Positions 35,188-46,610 of a stretch of DNA of 46,610 nt are shown here, piece by piece. Made by a program: the position numbers and the translations under genes. The DNA is from Octopus sinensis. Its lineage: Eukaryota. The stretch spans positions 1 to 46,610 of the forward strand of contig NW_021835263.1 of the NCBI RefSeq assembly GCF_006345805.1, written 5' to 3'. Each line of letters begins with the position of its first letter. The first letter of the stretch is position 1. A model generated the notes under the pieces. The model saw nothing but the letters and a program-made list of their open reading frames with translations, was not told the DNA's origin and did no database searches.

Positions 35188-36089
35188 GGTATTGACGCAC
35201 CATGCAGCGATTGACAGTCTGTGTATGTACATGTAATGTATCTGTACATGTATGTGAGTATAAATGTGTGTTTATCAGTAAAAAAAAATACGCCAGATTT
35301 TCGTACAATGGTAAAATAGATTACAGAGCCTTTGAGAAAATTCGGAAAACGTAGCAACTGCAGACTCGACTCTTAGTACACGGTTAAGGTATAATGCGAA
35401 AATTTTCATGAAGAAGTATTATTTATACTCTCTTAAACTCGACTACGATATCAGCGACATTGTTATAGCCTTAAACTCTGTGCTCTACCTACCAAAAGGA
35501 TGTTATTTTCTTTTATTAATCTTTCTTTGATCAGGTGAGGAATCCGAAAACCTGTTTTTATATTTCAGTCTTCCAATAACAGAATTTCTTCTTCGAATCT
35601 TCGGCTCACAAGGAAACGCATGTCGTCTGTTTGAATATGTATGGCACCAGGTGTTGCAACATGTATTAGATACAATCTTACTTTTGATCTTCCAGAGAGT
35701 GTCTTTCAAGACAATAACACAACAGAGAGAAACAACTTCATTGTTTGTTTGATACAGCCGACAAATAATGTTTTCTGGTTTCGTTTTTTGTTTTTACTTT
35801 CCTAACACGTGTTTCGGGTGTCGGTTACCAAGGAGACAATAGGCAGCGTTCAATAAAACCTACAAAAGTTAGAATTGTGTACATCGCCAGTATGAAAAGT
35901 AATATGGAATGCTAAAACTCTTTAATACCCAAAATTATGTCGATCAGGTGGTGTAAATATTGAATTTAGACCAGACATTAATCCATTTAATCCACCCATT
36001 CTTCACGGAAGATCCACTGGGGAAGAGTCATAGAGCACCTCCATGGGATCTTATCAGAAACAACCACCATTACACTTTCCGGCTGACAA

Positions 36090-36525
36090 TGTGAATATCA
36101 TCCAACCATCTCGTTCTTAGGCTAACCCAGGTCTTCTGCTATTCAGCTGGACTTGAAGAGCCTGCCTTGCGATTCCTACCTGCGACATTTTAATCACATG
36201 TCTCTAGTACTGGAGATGTAATCCCTCAATGCAGAGAAGTAGCGGCTTGACCCGGAGACATTCCATGATGTCCGAGTTATGCACTCCTGTCGAGTAACGT
36301 TACTCCAGATATCCTTCAGAGGACCCATAGTTCGGTTGCCTGTATTTTGCTCTGTCAGTCACTACCCGACATTCATAACTATTGGTGAGGATAGACACAA
36401 AAACCGAACAGAAGATAGAAAAATTTCGCTTCCGAGGATCGAACGCTGGAGCTGATGTATTAGTCTGCGAGCGCCTCGAACTCTCGCATCCAGTTCAGTG
36501 TCTCGCTTCCTATCATTCCCTTGTT
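36090..36525 (-). pseudogene. RTE-clade LINE ORF C-terminal remnant
   Basis: Minus-strand pieces: SIFCSVFVSILTNSYECRVVT, ELWVL*RISGVTLLDR, HNSDIMECLRVKPLLLCIEGLHLQY*RHVIKM and RTRWLDDI. Confidence 0.82.
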
Positions 36526-36537
36526 ACTTGCATTTAT

Positions 36538-36927
36538 GTGGAGGCGCAATGGTCCAGTGGTTAGGGCAGCGGACTCGCGGTCATAGGATCGCGGTTTCGA
36601 TTCCCAGACCGGGCGTTGTGAGTGTTTATTGAGCGAAAACACCTAAAAGCTCCACGAGGCTCCGGCAGGGGATGGTGGTGATCCCTGCTGTACTCTTTCA
36701 CCACAACTTTCTCTCACTCTTACTTCCTGTTTCTGTTGTACCTGTATTTCAAAGGGGCCGGCCTTGTCACTCTCTGTGTCACGCTGAATATCCCCGAGAA
36801 CTACGTTAAGGGTACACGTGTCTGTGGAGTGCTCAGCCACTTACACGTTAATTTCACGAGCAGGCTGTTCCGTTGATTCGGATCGACCGGAACCCTCGTC
36901 GTCGTAACCGACGGAGTGCTTCCACAC
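36538..36927 (+). mobile_element. SINE family C, full length
   Basis: A and B boxes; 12-bp TSD ACTTGCATTTAT (36526-36537/36928-36939). Confidence 0.95.
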
Positions 36928-37215
36928 ACTTGCATTTATATAGAAAATGGTAAATTCTTGTGTTGAAATGACTTCGCTGCTTCAGCTCCTACTGAGATAC
37001 ACAAATCACAACATCTTGGCTAATACATTAATTCTGAACAATTCAGATACCAAATTCGTCGTCGTAACCGACGGAGTGCTTCCACACACTTGCATTTATA
37101 TATAAAATGGTAAATTCTTGTGTTGAAACGACTTCGCAGCTTCAGCTCCTACTGAGATACACAAATCACAACATCTTGGCTAATACATTAATTCTGAAGA
37201 ATTCAGACACCAAAT
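36896..37215. repeat. 160-bp tandem duplication (2 copies)
   Basis: 36896-37055 vs 37056-37215, about 5 substitutions. Confidence 0.95.
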
Positions 37216-37910
37216 TCTTTCCATTTTTTTTTCTGTGGTAGATTTATTTTCTTCCTGTTCTCGCTCTAGCTCATGTATATTTGCTAAACAATCGAAATGG
37301 TAAACAAAATAAATCTTCTTCCACATTCCACATATGCCAACCACTCTCAGAAATTTCACTGTCGTGATTCCTGTATTTAAAGATGCCAATCGGGAAAAGA
37401 TTACAGCTTAGCATCGTTTAGGAATGCTTTGGGGCAAAGAAATATCTCCTTTCTACGCACATTTTCAATGTTCCTTGATGTTCTTTGTATAACATTTCCT
37501 ACATAACCAATCCATATACTGTATCTTTGATGTTTTCTTCGTATTTTTGTTTTACTGATATTCTACTTAAGTTCGGTTTCAGGCTATGTTGCTTTGGCCA
37601 AAAAGATGGCCTTGTATCAACAACTTCATTTTGTGGTTTATATGAATTTGTTTAGTTTTTTCTGTGTGTTCATGAACAAATGGTAGAGCTTCAGATAAAT
37701 ATTCATCACAGAACTCTTTGGAAATAATTCCAGTAACTGGAGATATTTTCCCCTGGATTCTCACCGAAATCTGGTTCAGTTTGTTTGTTTCTCATCTTGC
37801 TTTTGTGAACCCGACTGCTGTTTAGGTTTTACACTGAAACGGTTAAAACAAGAGTATTCCTTCTAGGAAGTATTGAATATATCAAATTACGAGTGCATAC
37901 ATATGTATGT

Positions 37911-37974
<64 letters not shown>

Positions 37975-37991
37975 ATATATATATATATATA

Positions 37992-38042
<51 letters not shown>

Positions 38043-38066
38043 ATGTATGTATATTCATACATAAAC

Positions 38067-38180
38067 GCGTAGGAGTGGGTGTGTGGTAAGCACCTTGAGC
38101 AAGTGTCTTCTACTATAGTCTCGGGCCGACGAAAACATTGTGAGTGGATTTGGTAGACGCAAGATGAAAGAAGCCCATCG

Positions 38181-38181
<1 letters not shown>
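38067..38181 (+). mobile_element. SINE family B head with internal deletion
   Basis: GCGTAGGAGTGGGTGTGTGGTAAG|CACCTTGAGCAAGTGTCTTCTACTATAG.. Confidence 0.8.
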
Positions 38182-38219
<38 letters not shown>

Positions 38220-38465
38220 TGATGATGGTGATGATGATGGTGATGATGATGATGATGAGGAGGAGGAGGAGGAGGAGGAGGGGGAGGATGACGTGGACGA
38301 TGATAAACATAAAGTTAATGAGAATGAGATAGAGAATGAGGAAGACGATAATGATGATGATGATAAAGATGATGATCAATATCACCATCATCATCAGCAG
38401 CTGCAGCATCACCATCATAATCGTCGTCATTTTGATTTTGAACATGATGATACACATGATGCTCA
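38182..38465. repeat. (AT)n, (GAT)n, (GAG)n, (CAT)n low-complexity run
   Basis: Direct reading. Confidence 0.9.
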
Positions 38466-38699
38466 AAGACGATTCTATCGCAGACGACAAAGATGGCAGT
38501 CTTTATGTCGTCATTGAGAAAGAAAGGTCAGGACGGACATTTTTCTAAAGTTCATCAGTGGAATCGATTGACGGTAGCTTGCGGTGGAATGGAGGAGTGG
38601 GCAGTAGTGGAAAGGAGGAGGAGCCGGCTGCGTTGGGAACCAGCACGATAGCAAATGATTCGGTACATTCCAATGCTCACGAAACCCACACATAAACAA

Positions 38700-39300
<601 letters not shown>

Positions 39301-39689
39301 ATTTGGTAACGAAATAGCAGAGACATTACATCGTCCAATGTAGTAGATTGCAGTACATTTTCCGGCGGTGTGGTATTATGACTTTTGAGGTCATATCTCG
39401 CCCGTTTCAAATTTAACTTTGATCCTCCAGGAAGCAATGCAAAACATATTTCTCTCGCTTATTAGTCTTGCAGAGTTGATAGAGCATTGTGTGGCATGCC
39501 TTGTGATATTTGTTCCGGTTCCTCGAATTCTCAGCTTTGATTCCATTATAAAATTCTTTGGATTTTACCACTCATCTGGTTTGACGCTCAAAATTACTGG
39601 CCCTAAGCCAAAATTTCAAGGCATTATTTAACAAGAGTTGTAAACATCTCTTTTCGATGCAATAATATATATTGTATATATATATATAT

Positions 39690-39920
39690 ATATATATAAA
39701 ACTGAGAATGTGTGTCTGTCTGTCTGTGTGTTTCCCTAAAACTTGAGAACTACACAACCAATTTTATTCAAATTTTACACATGACTTACTTAAGGTCCGG
39801 GGAGTGTCCTCAGCAAAAAATCTTAACTTTTTCCCTAGGGCAACCCCACAGCAATATCATATTACGTGTTGGCTGTCCCAGTAAACTTCCTGTTTGGACA
39901 AAAAAAATGAAAACCACAGA
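39690..39920 (+). mobile_element. Probable Helitron 5' portion
   Basis: TATATATAAAACTGAGAATGTGTGTCTGTCTGTC resembles the 5' end of the Helitron at 31846 (TATATATAAAAGTCAAGTTGTGTGTCTGTC). No CTAG terminus found. Confidence 0.55.
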
Positions 39921-40922
39921 ATAATTGCTAAGTTTTAAAAAAATGACGGCTTTTATTTGCTCGAGAAATTGCTTCAAGGTTTTGCCCCAATGTGGCCACA
40001 GTCCAATCACTGAAATAAGTAAGCGACAAAAAACGTATATATATATATACATATCAACAATATGTGTTATAATACTATTCCACAGTTATACCAACAATCC
40101 AATAACACTAATCTGCCTTTACATAAAGAGCCACACCAACAATCTACCGTAATCCATCATCAGCTGCCCCACGGATATCATTATATTTTCGACACCTGGG
40201 CAGTACTATTCAATCAGCGGTGTCAACAGCACTAGAATAGGGTTTGTTTGGGAACCAACAAACCAAAGAGACCCCAACTTTCAAACACATTTACCCAATG
40301 TACAACCGTATCGATAAATAAATTCAATATGTGGATTACAACCACTCCTAAATACGTAACTAAACAGCTCTATTAAGGCATACAAAAATTATAATCCTTA
40401 CCGTCTTCCATAGTGTAATACAAAAGCAAAAGCCTAATTCAATTATAGGCAGCATTGAACACTAACTTTAATAAAACTACCACAAGAGACATGTAATCGA
40501 ATGTACATTGTATCAGTATTAATAGTAAAATGCAATAACTAAATTAGATGCTAAACTGCGATCAATCTTTAAGTCCATATAAATAATAATCCCACTGGGC
40601 TTCCATAGATACTACTGTAATTAAAGTTAGCCTTATAAAAGTTTTTCCAAAACGATTGAAATTAATTTAATATTTTTATGGGTGAAATACATTATTTCCT
40701 CGTTTAAAAGTTAATAATAAAACGCTACATACTCATTAATATATCACCACTACAAGTTCTAATATTAAATTACCAGTGACTGATATATACTTAAATTTTA
40801 TAAATAGCAACTAATAAAAGTACATGTAATAAACTAGTATCATAAATCTTCCTATGTTTAAAGCGAATTAAACTGTTTAAAAGACAATAAAACTACAACT
40901 GTTAAAACTACAAGTATTAACT

Positions 40923-41318
40923 GGATGGATGAAAGCACTCCGTCGGTTACGACGATGAGTGTTCCGGTTGATCCGAATCAACGGAACAGCCTGCTCGTGA
41001 AATTAACGTGTAAGTGGCTGAGCACTCCACAGACACGTGTACCCTTAACGTAGTTCTCGGGGATATTCAGCGTGACACAGAGAGATTGACCAGGCCGGCC
41101 CTTTGAAACACACGTACAACAGAAACAGGAAGAAAGAGTGAGAAAAAGTTGTGTTGAAAGAGTACAGCAGGGATCACCACCATCCACTGCCGGAGCCTCG
41201 TGGAGCTTTTAGGTGTTTTCGCTCAATAAACACTCACAACGCCCGGTCTGGGAATCAAAACCGCGATCCTACGACCGCGAGTCCGCTGCCCTAACCACTG
41301 GGCCATTGCGCCTCCACT
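40923..41318 (-). mobile_element. SINE family C, full length
   Basis: Reverse complement of 11359-11747; 11-bp TSD AAGTATTAACT (40912-40922/41319-41329). Confidence 0.95.
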
Positions 41319-41701
41319 AAGTATTAACTAACACTTACATGTTTAATCAGACATGAGGTTCCCTCCAAGAATTTACAGGACAACTAAAAATTGATGACGT
41401 TGTGCGTAATTACTGCTTACTCAATTTTCGCAATTTTGTTGATGTAGTAAGCAAATAATTCGAATCGTAAACGTTCAAATCCTTAGAAAGATTTGCTAGA
41501 CGAAGACTGGATATTACCCCATATTTATTTAAAATTCCAAGTTTCCCATCTAAGATGCATTTAAAAGTTTTAACCAACTTACCTATTTATAAGCTTGTGT
41601 TACAAAATGTCTTAACAGCTTATTAATTCTTTCCAAACATGTATAGAATTATTAATAATAGAACTATATCTAACGATTTCCCTGAAAAAACGCCGTATCC
41701 A

Positions 41702-41742
41702 ATATATATATATATATATATATAACAAGGAATATATGTATG

Positions 41743-41798
<56 letters not shown>

Positions 41799-41818
41799 GT
41801 ACGTATGTATTTATATAT

Positions 41819-41849
<31 letters not shown>

Positions 41850-41943
41850 TACACATATATATACACACATATATATATATACATACAAATTATATATATA
41901 GATATGTATATATATATATATATGTATATATTATATATATATG

Positions 41944-42002
<59 letters not shown>

Positions 42003-42005
42003 CAA

Positions 42006-42038
<33 letters not shown>

Positions 42039-42150
42039 ATATATATATATGTATATATATATATAATGTATATAATATATATATATATATACATATATAT
42101 ATCCCATGAATATATATATATAATATATAATATATATATATAATATACCC
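41702..42150. repeat. Long (AT)n-rich tract
   Basis: Direct reading. Confidence 0.96.
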
Positions 42151-42574
42151 ACACACTTATGTGTGTGTGTTGTCCCCTTTGTGAGTACGTACGTGTGTTC
42201 GTTTTCGTGTTTAATGTAAATGTATAGCGCTCTAAAATATAAGAAAGACGATCAAAGAGACCTAGACATTAATTCCTAACCAAATCGATGTCTTTGAAGT
42301 CTAATGTTAGCCATCACTTCATACAGAAGTAACAGTCATAATCCTTATGTCAGTTTACCTCTCCGAACTGTCTCTCTAGGTCTGCCTGTTTGTCTGTCTG
42401 TCTGCGAATGGCAAAGTCTTTCTTTGGAGATGGTCGCAGTCTGTCTCTCGCTACCTCTCGCTGCTCACCATTTCTATCCCACCATTTTCTCTCCTTCTCT
42501 CTCCACTTGTTATATATATATATATATATGTGTGTGATATATATATATATATATAATATATATATATAGTATAC

Positions 42575-42605
<31 letters not shown>

Positions 42606-42847
42606 GTATGTATGTATGTATGTATGCATGTACGTATGTATGTATGCATGTATGTATATATATATATACGTGTGGGTGTCTGTCTGTCTGTGGCTGTGTC
42701 AGTGTGTCCGTATGTGTGCCTGTGTATCCACACCCATATATGTATATGTAGGTATATGGATTTATACACACTTATTGATATATATCTATACTTATATACA
42801 CTCACGTACACATATATATATTGCATGTTAGCTTGAGTGACTGCGTA

Positions 42848-43014
42848 TGTCCCCCCAACATCGCTTGACGGTCGACGTTGGTGTGTTTGCGTTCCTGTAA
42901 CTCTGGGGTTTGGCTAAAGGGACCGATAAAGTCCTGGGGTCCATTTGTTCGAGTAACGGTGGTGCTTCAGTATCGCCGCTGTCAAATGACTGAAACAAAT
43001 AAAAGAATAAAATA
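42848..43014 (+). mobile_element. SINE family B tail, diverged
   Basis: CCCCCCAACATCGCTTGAC..GTCCTGGGGTC..GTCAAATGACTGAAACAA. Confidence 0.8.
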
Positions 43015-43250
43015 ATCTATGTCTACATAAACACATACATAATGTGTATGTGTGTTTCTTTTATTTTATATTTCTTTTGTGTTTCATCCATGCGGCTGCG
43101 GTCATACAGGAGTACCACCGTGACTACTCTTTCCACAACCCTCTTAAGTGGTTGATTTCTCTTTCGATGGTAAGCAGGTGGGGAGCTCATGTCATAACTC
43201 GTCTATGTGCTTGCTTTTTTGTTGCTGGCTGATTTGCTGTGTGAGAGGGT

Positions 43251-43271
43251 TGATGGATGGATGGATGGATG

Positions 43272-43334
<63 letters not shown>

Positions 43335-43335
43335 T

Positions 43336-43418
<83 letters not shown>

Positions 43419-43463
43419 GGATAGATGGATGGATGGATGGATAGATAGAGAGATAGATAGATC
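43251..43463. repeat. (GGAT)n(AGAT)n microsatellite
   Basis: Direct reading. Confidence 0.96.
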
Positions 43464-44430
43464 TATGGGTGTGTCTGCTTTTGTTCTCCACGACCACATT
43501 AAGACAAAAATATAGAATAACCACCAAGTTTAAAAACCCAATGATTAAGTTCTGTAAGCGATTTGTTCGACCAAACGCTTCAAGGGTGTGTCCCAGTATG
43601 GCCGCAGTCTAATAACTAAAATAACATAAAAGAACAACAGAATTTACTTAGCTGCAATATTTCAAAACATGTTTCACATTGACAGAATTAATTATTGTAG
43701 TTATACAAACTGATCCAACCGATCAAATAGTAAAATAATTTAGTTTTTGAACAACATATCGTAAATAAGTAACATGCCAACGCCAGTAGTTATTAATTGA
43801 TAATACAATCAATATGTAATAAAATACTTCCTTTTGTATTTGAGAAGCTATGGTGGTGAGGCGATGTAATTACAAGATATTATCTTTGAAAAATTAATTA
43901 TTGATTTATCTTTGATGACGAAATTTAATAGTTTAATTGTTGGAATTGTTAAAACAAATAAATGACAAGAAAATGTTTCTTACATTTATTCTCAAATGCT
44001 ATTATTATCCTTTATATAATAGCTTTCATCAAAGAGAGCGCCATTTTTTTAATGCGTCAACGTATTACATTGCCGTACTATTCATATAGGTCTTGCTGAT
44101 TGATATACCAGATATTGGTTGTGCTTTACTCTCCTTGTTAGATCAAAGTTGCTGTATAATTATTCTTTTTGATGTACTGGAAATTCTCGTTGGGTTTTAT
44201 ACAGGGACAATGTTTATTAGCATCTAAATGTTAACTAGATATTTTTCGGTGTCTTAAGGCGATATCTAGAAAGATAAGAACACTAAGAAAAGAGAAATAA
44301 TTTATTCCTAACTTCAGAAAAAGAGCTCCTAAAATATAGAGGCTTTCGAAAACTGCTTTGATCCAATAGTCATGTTTACAGATGTGTGTTCGTGGCCCAC
44401 AAGTTCCCTTCTACTTTTTTCTATTTAAAA

Positions 44431-44645
44431 GAGCGGTGAGCAGGTAAAATCATCTGCACGCCGGACAAACTGCTTAGCAGCATCTATTCCGGCTTCACGT
44501 TCTGCGTTAAAGTGTCACCAAGGTCTACATTACTTCTCCTCTTTTCCGGGTCAATAAAATAAATACCAACTTAGCATTGGGGGGGGGGGTCATTTTAATC
44601 GACTTCTCCTTCGCAAAAAAATTGCTCGCCTTGTGTCAACATATG
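44431..44645 (+). mobile_element. Old family-A-related SINE with alternative tail
   Basis: GAGCGGTGAGCAGG..CACGCCGGACAAACTGCTTAGC..CCTTTTCCGGGTCAATAAAATAAATACC..AAAATTGCTCGCCTTGTG. Confidence 0.7.
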
Positions 44646-45516
44646 AGAAAAAATAATTTAGAATTTTATCTACTTCGATTTCTAGAGTTAACCACAAATT
44701 ATTTCACGTTCTCTCGAAGTTTCTAAATTCTTATGACGTCAGCTAAGGTTAGTATTATCCATAATTGGTAGGTCTAGTTCTTTATGTACATTGGTAAGCT
44801 CATTTCCAACCCTAATTAATGGATGTTTATATTGCGAGGAATATCAAAACATGCTTCCGTTATAAATCACCCTCCATGAAGGGATAGCATTTTATTAAAT
44901 AAAGAAAAATATGAACATTAACAATATTTTCAGAAAACAGCTCCATCATGTCCTCGTGTATAAACATCCGTTATTCTTTTTTTTTATTTTTAATCCAAAA
45001 TTAGTTGTCAAAAACTAACAATGATTTCCTTGCGTGCATGTTAGTTCCAATGTCAGAGCCACTGGCTTAAACGACATGATTGGTGAAAACTGATGCTTTT
45101 TCTCGTAAAGGAATTTAGTTACAGAAGGATGCGATTTTATCATGACAATTCCTAAAAATTTGCTCTGGTGTTTCTTTTAGCAAAGCCGCCAAATCATTTT
45201 ATAACGAATACACTATTGTCCCATAATGGAAGGGGAGTGAATCTTTGATGAAAGTAAAAAAATACATTGGCTAACATCTCGTTCAATCCAAACCAGATTA
45301 ATTAATGTACATTTTATGGTTACTTAGAAAATTGTTTGTGGTCTTTATTGGCGATATATGGTTTACGTAAATCTAAATAGAATGATCTATCATTATATTA
45401 TGATTTATAGCGATTTCTTTGCTTTATAGTGAATCTAGTGGCACAGTATGTTATCAGCTTTTTGTCCCTGTTAGCTATGTTGCTGCACAATAATCTGTGA
45501 TACATATTGCTCTCGG

Positions 45517-45830
45517 ATTTATATTATATATGTATATGTATGTATGCGTGTGTACATATAACTACATACATATGCACATACGCATACACACAAGTATATA
45601 TGCACACACATACATGAATATATGAATATATATGTATGTATATATAGATACATATACATACACAAATACACAGACATATACATATCTGCATACACACACA
45701 TATATATGCATATATATATATATATATATATATGCATATATATGCATATATATATAGCATATATATTATATATATATATATATATATAATCTATATATAT
45801 ATATATATATATACATATTACATACATTCA
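45517..45830. repeat. (AT)n/(AC)n cluster
   Basis: Direct reading. Confidence 0.93.
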
Positions 45831-46204
45831 TAAAAACCTGAATAGCACCCATTTAACCAAGGCAACGTTTAAAAACAACCGTAACAACAAGTACTTGAAT
45901 TTTCTTTTGCTGGGTATTCTCGCGATTTAATCAAAATTTGTTCGCTGTGTAGGAATTATTGCTACCTTTTTTCATGCAACTCAGTCTTCCATGCAATTCT
46001 TTTTACGAAATTTTTCATTGAAAAATGGACGCATTTCATAGAATGTTTCTCCAGAAAAATGCAGTGATTTTCATTGGAGGTACAGCTTATAGAATGCGAT
46101 GCTATACAGTGCAGAGCATTTGAAAAAGCAACAGGTGGTTATTTCTCTACATTCTTTCCTTATATAGAGAGAGAAAACCAGAAAGGGAGAGAGAGAAAGA
46201 GAAA

Positions 46205-46241
<37 letters not shown>

Positions 46242-46305
46242 GAAAAGAAACAAACGGTAAAGCTTATGGAATGCGATGCTATACAGGGGAGAACATTTGA
46301 AAAAG

Positions 46306-46345
<40 letters not shown>

Positions 46346-46504
46346 AGGAAGAAGATAACGACAGACGTACCAGTCTGCAAAGCAAGTAAGTTTGATTAAA
46401 AGACTTTAAAGCGATATCCCAGTATGGCCGCAGTCTAATGACTGAAACAAGTAGTAGAAACGTAAACGATAAAAAAATATATATTTTTATATATAATGTA
46501 TACA

Positions 46505-46610
46505 GCAGGAGTGGCTGTGTGGTAAGTAGCTTGCTAACCAACCACATGGTTCCAGGTTCAGTCCCACTGAGTGGCATCTTGGGCAAGTGGGTCGATTTGC
46601 TCGACTAAAG
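46505..46610 (+). mobile_element. SINE family B with large internal deletion, runs off the window
   Basis: Head to CTTGGGCAAGTG is joined directly to tail GGTCGATTTGCTCGACTAAAG. Confidence 0.85.

Noticed and set aside
35330-35720. Possible transposase relic on the minus strand (also 37200-37800)
   Set aside because: Translations gave no motif I could assign with confidence.
38140-38517. Acidic/His-rich 125-aa protein
   Set aside because: It starts inside a SINE head and runs through (AT)n and (GAT)n tracts.
38530-38562. Minus-strand CTGATGA-ACTTTA-GAAA-AATGTC
   Set aside because: The 6-nt spacer cannot form stem II and stem I does not pair.

Overview
Eukaryotic, AT-rich, repeat-saturated genomic DNA with no supportable intact protein-coding gene; it reads like intronic or intergenic sequence. 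The microsatellite load and SINE families suggest a cephalopod, probably Octopus (inference). Almost all ORFs in the track are microsatellite read-through artefacts. The window holds three tRNA-type SINE families and decayed transposon coding remnants: two Tc1/mariner, Ty3/Gypsy pol, RTE-like LINE, R4/Dong-like RLE LINE and a Penelope-like RT. It also holds non-autonomous Helitrons and a TIR MITE with an 8-bp TSD. Two signals stand out. (1) A set of type I hammerhead-ribozyme motifs: a clean compact one at 22195-22239, and long-stem-II ones arranged tail-out at both ends of fold-back elements (4164-4618 and ~30665-32630), the latter beside a Penelope RT remnant. (2) A SINE with one head followed by 1, 2 or 3 tandem 184-bp body units, each array enclosed by a single target-site duplication. 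All alignments and folds were done by eye.
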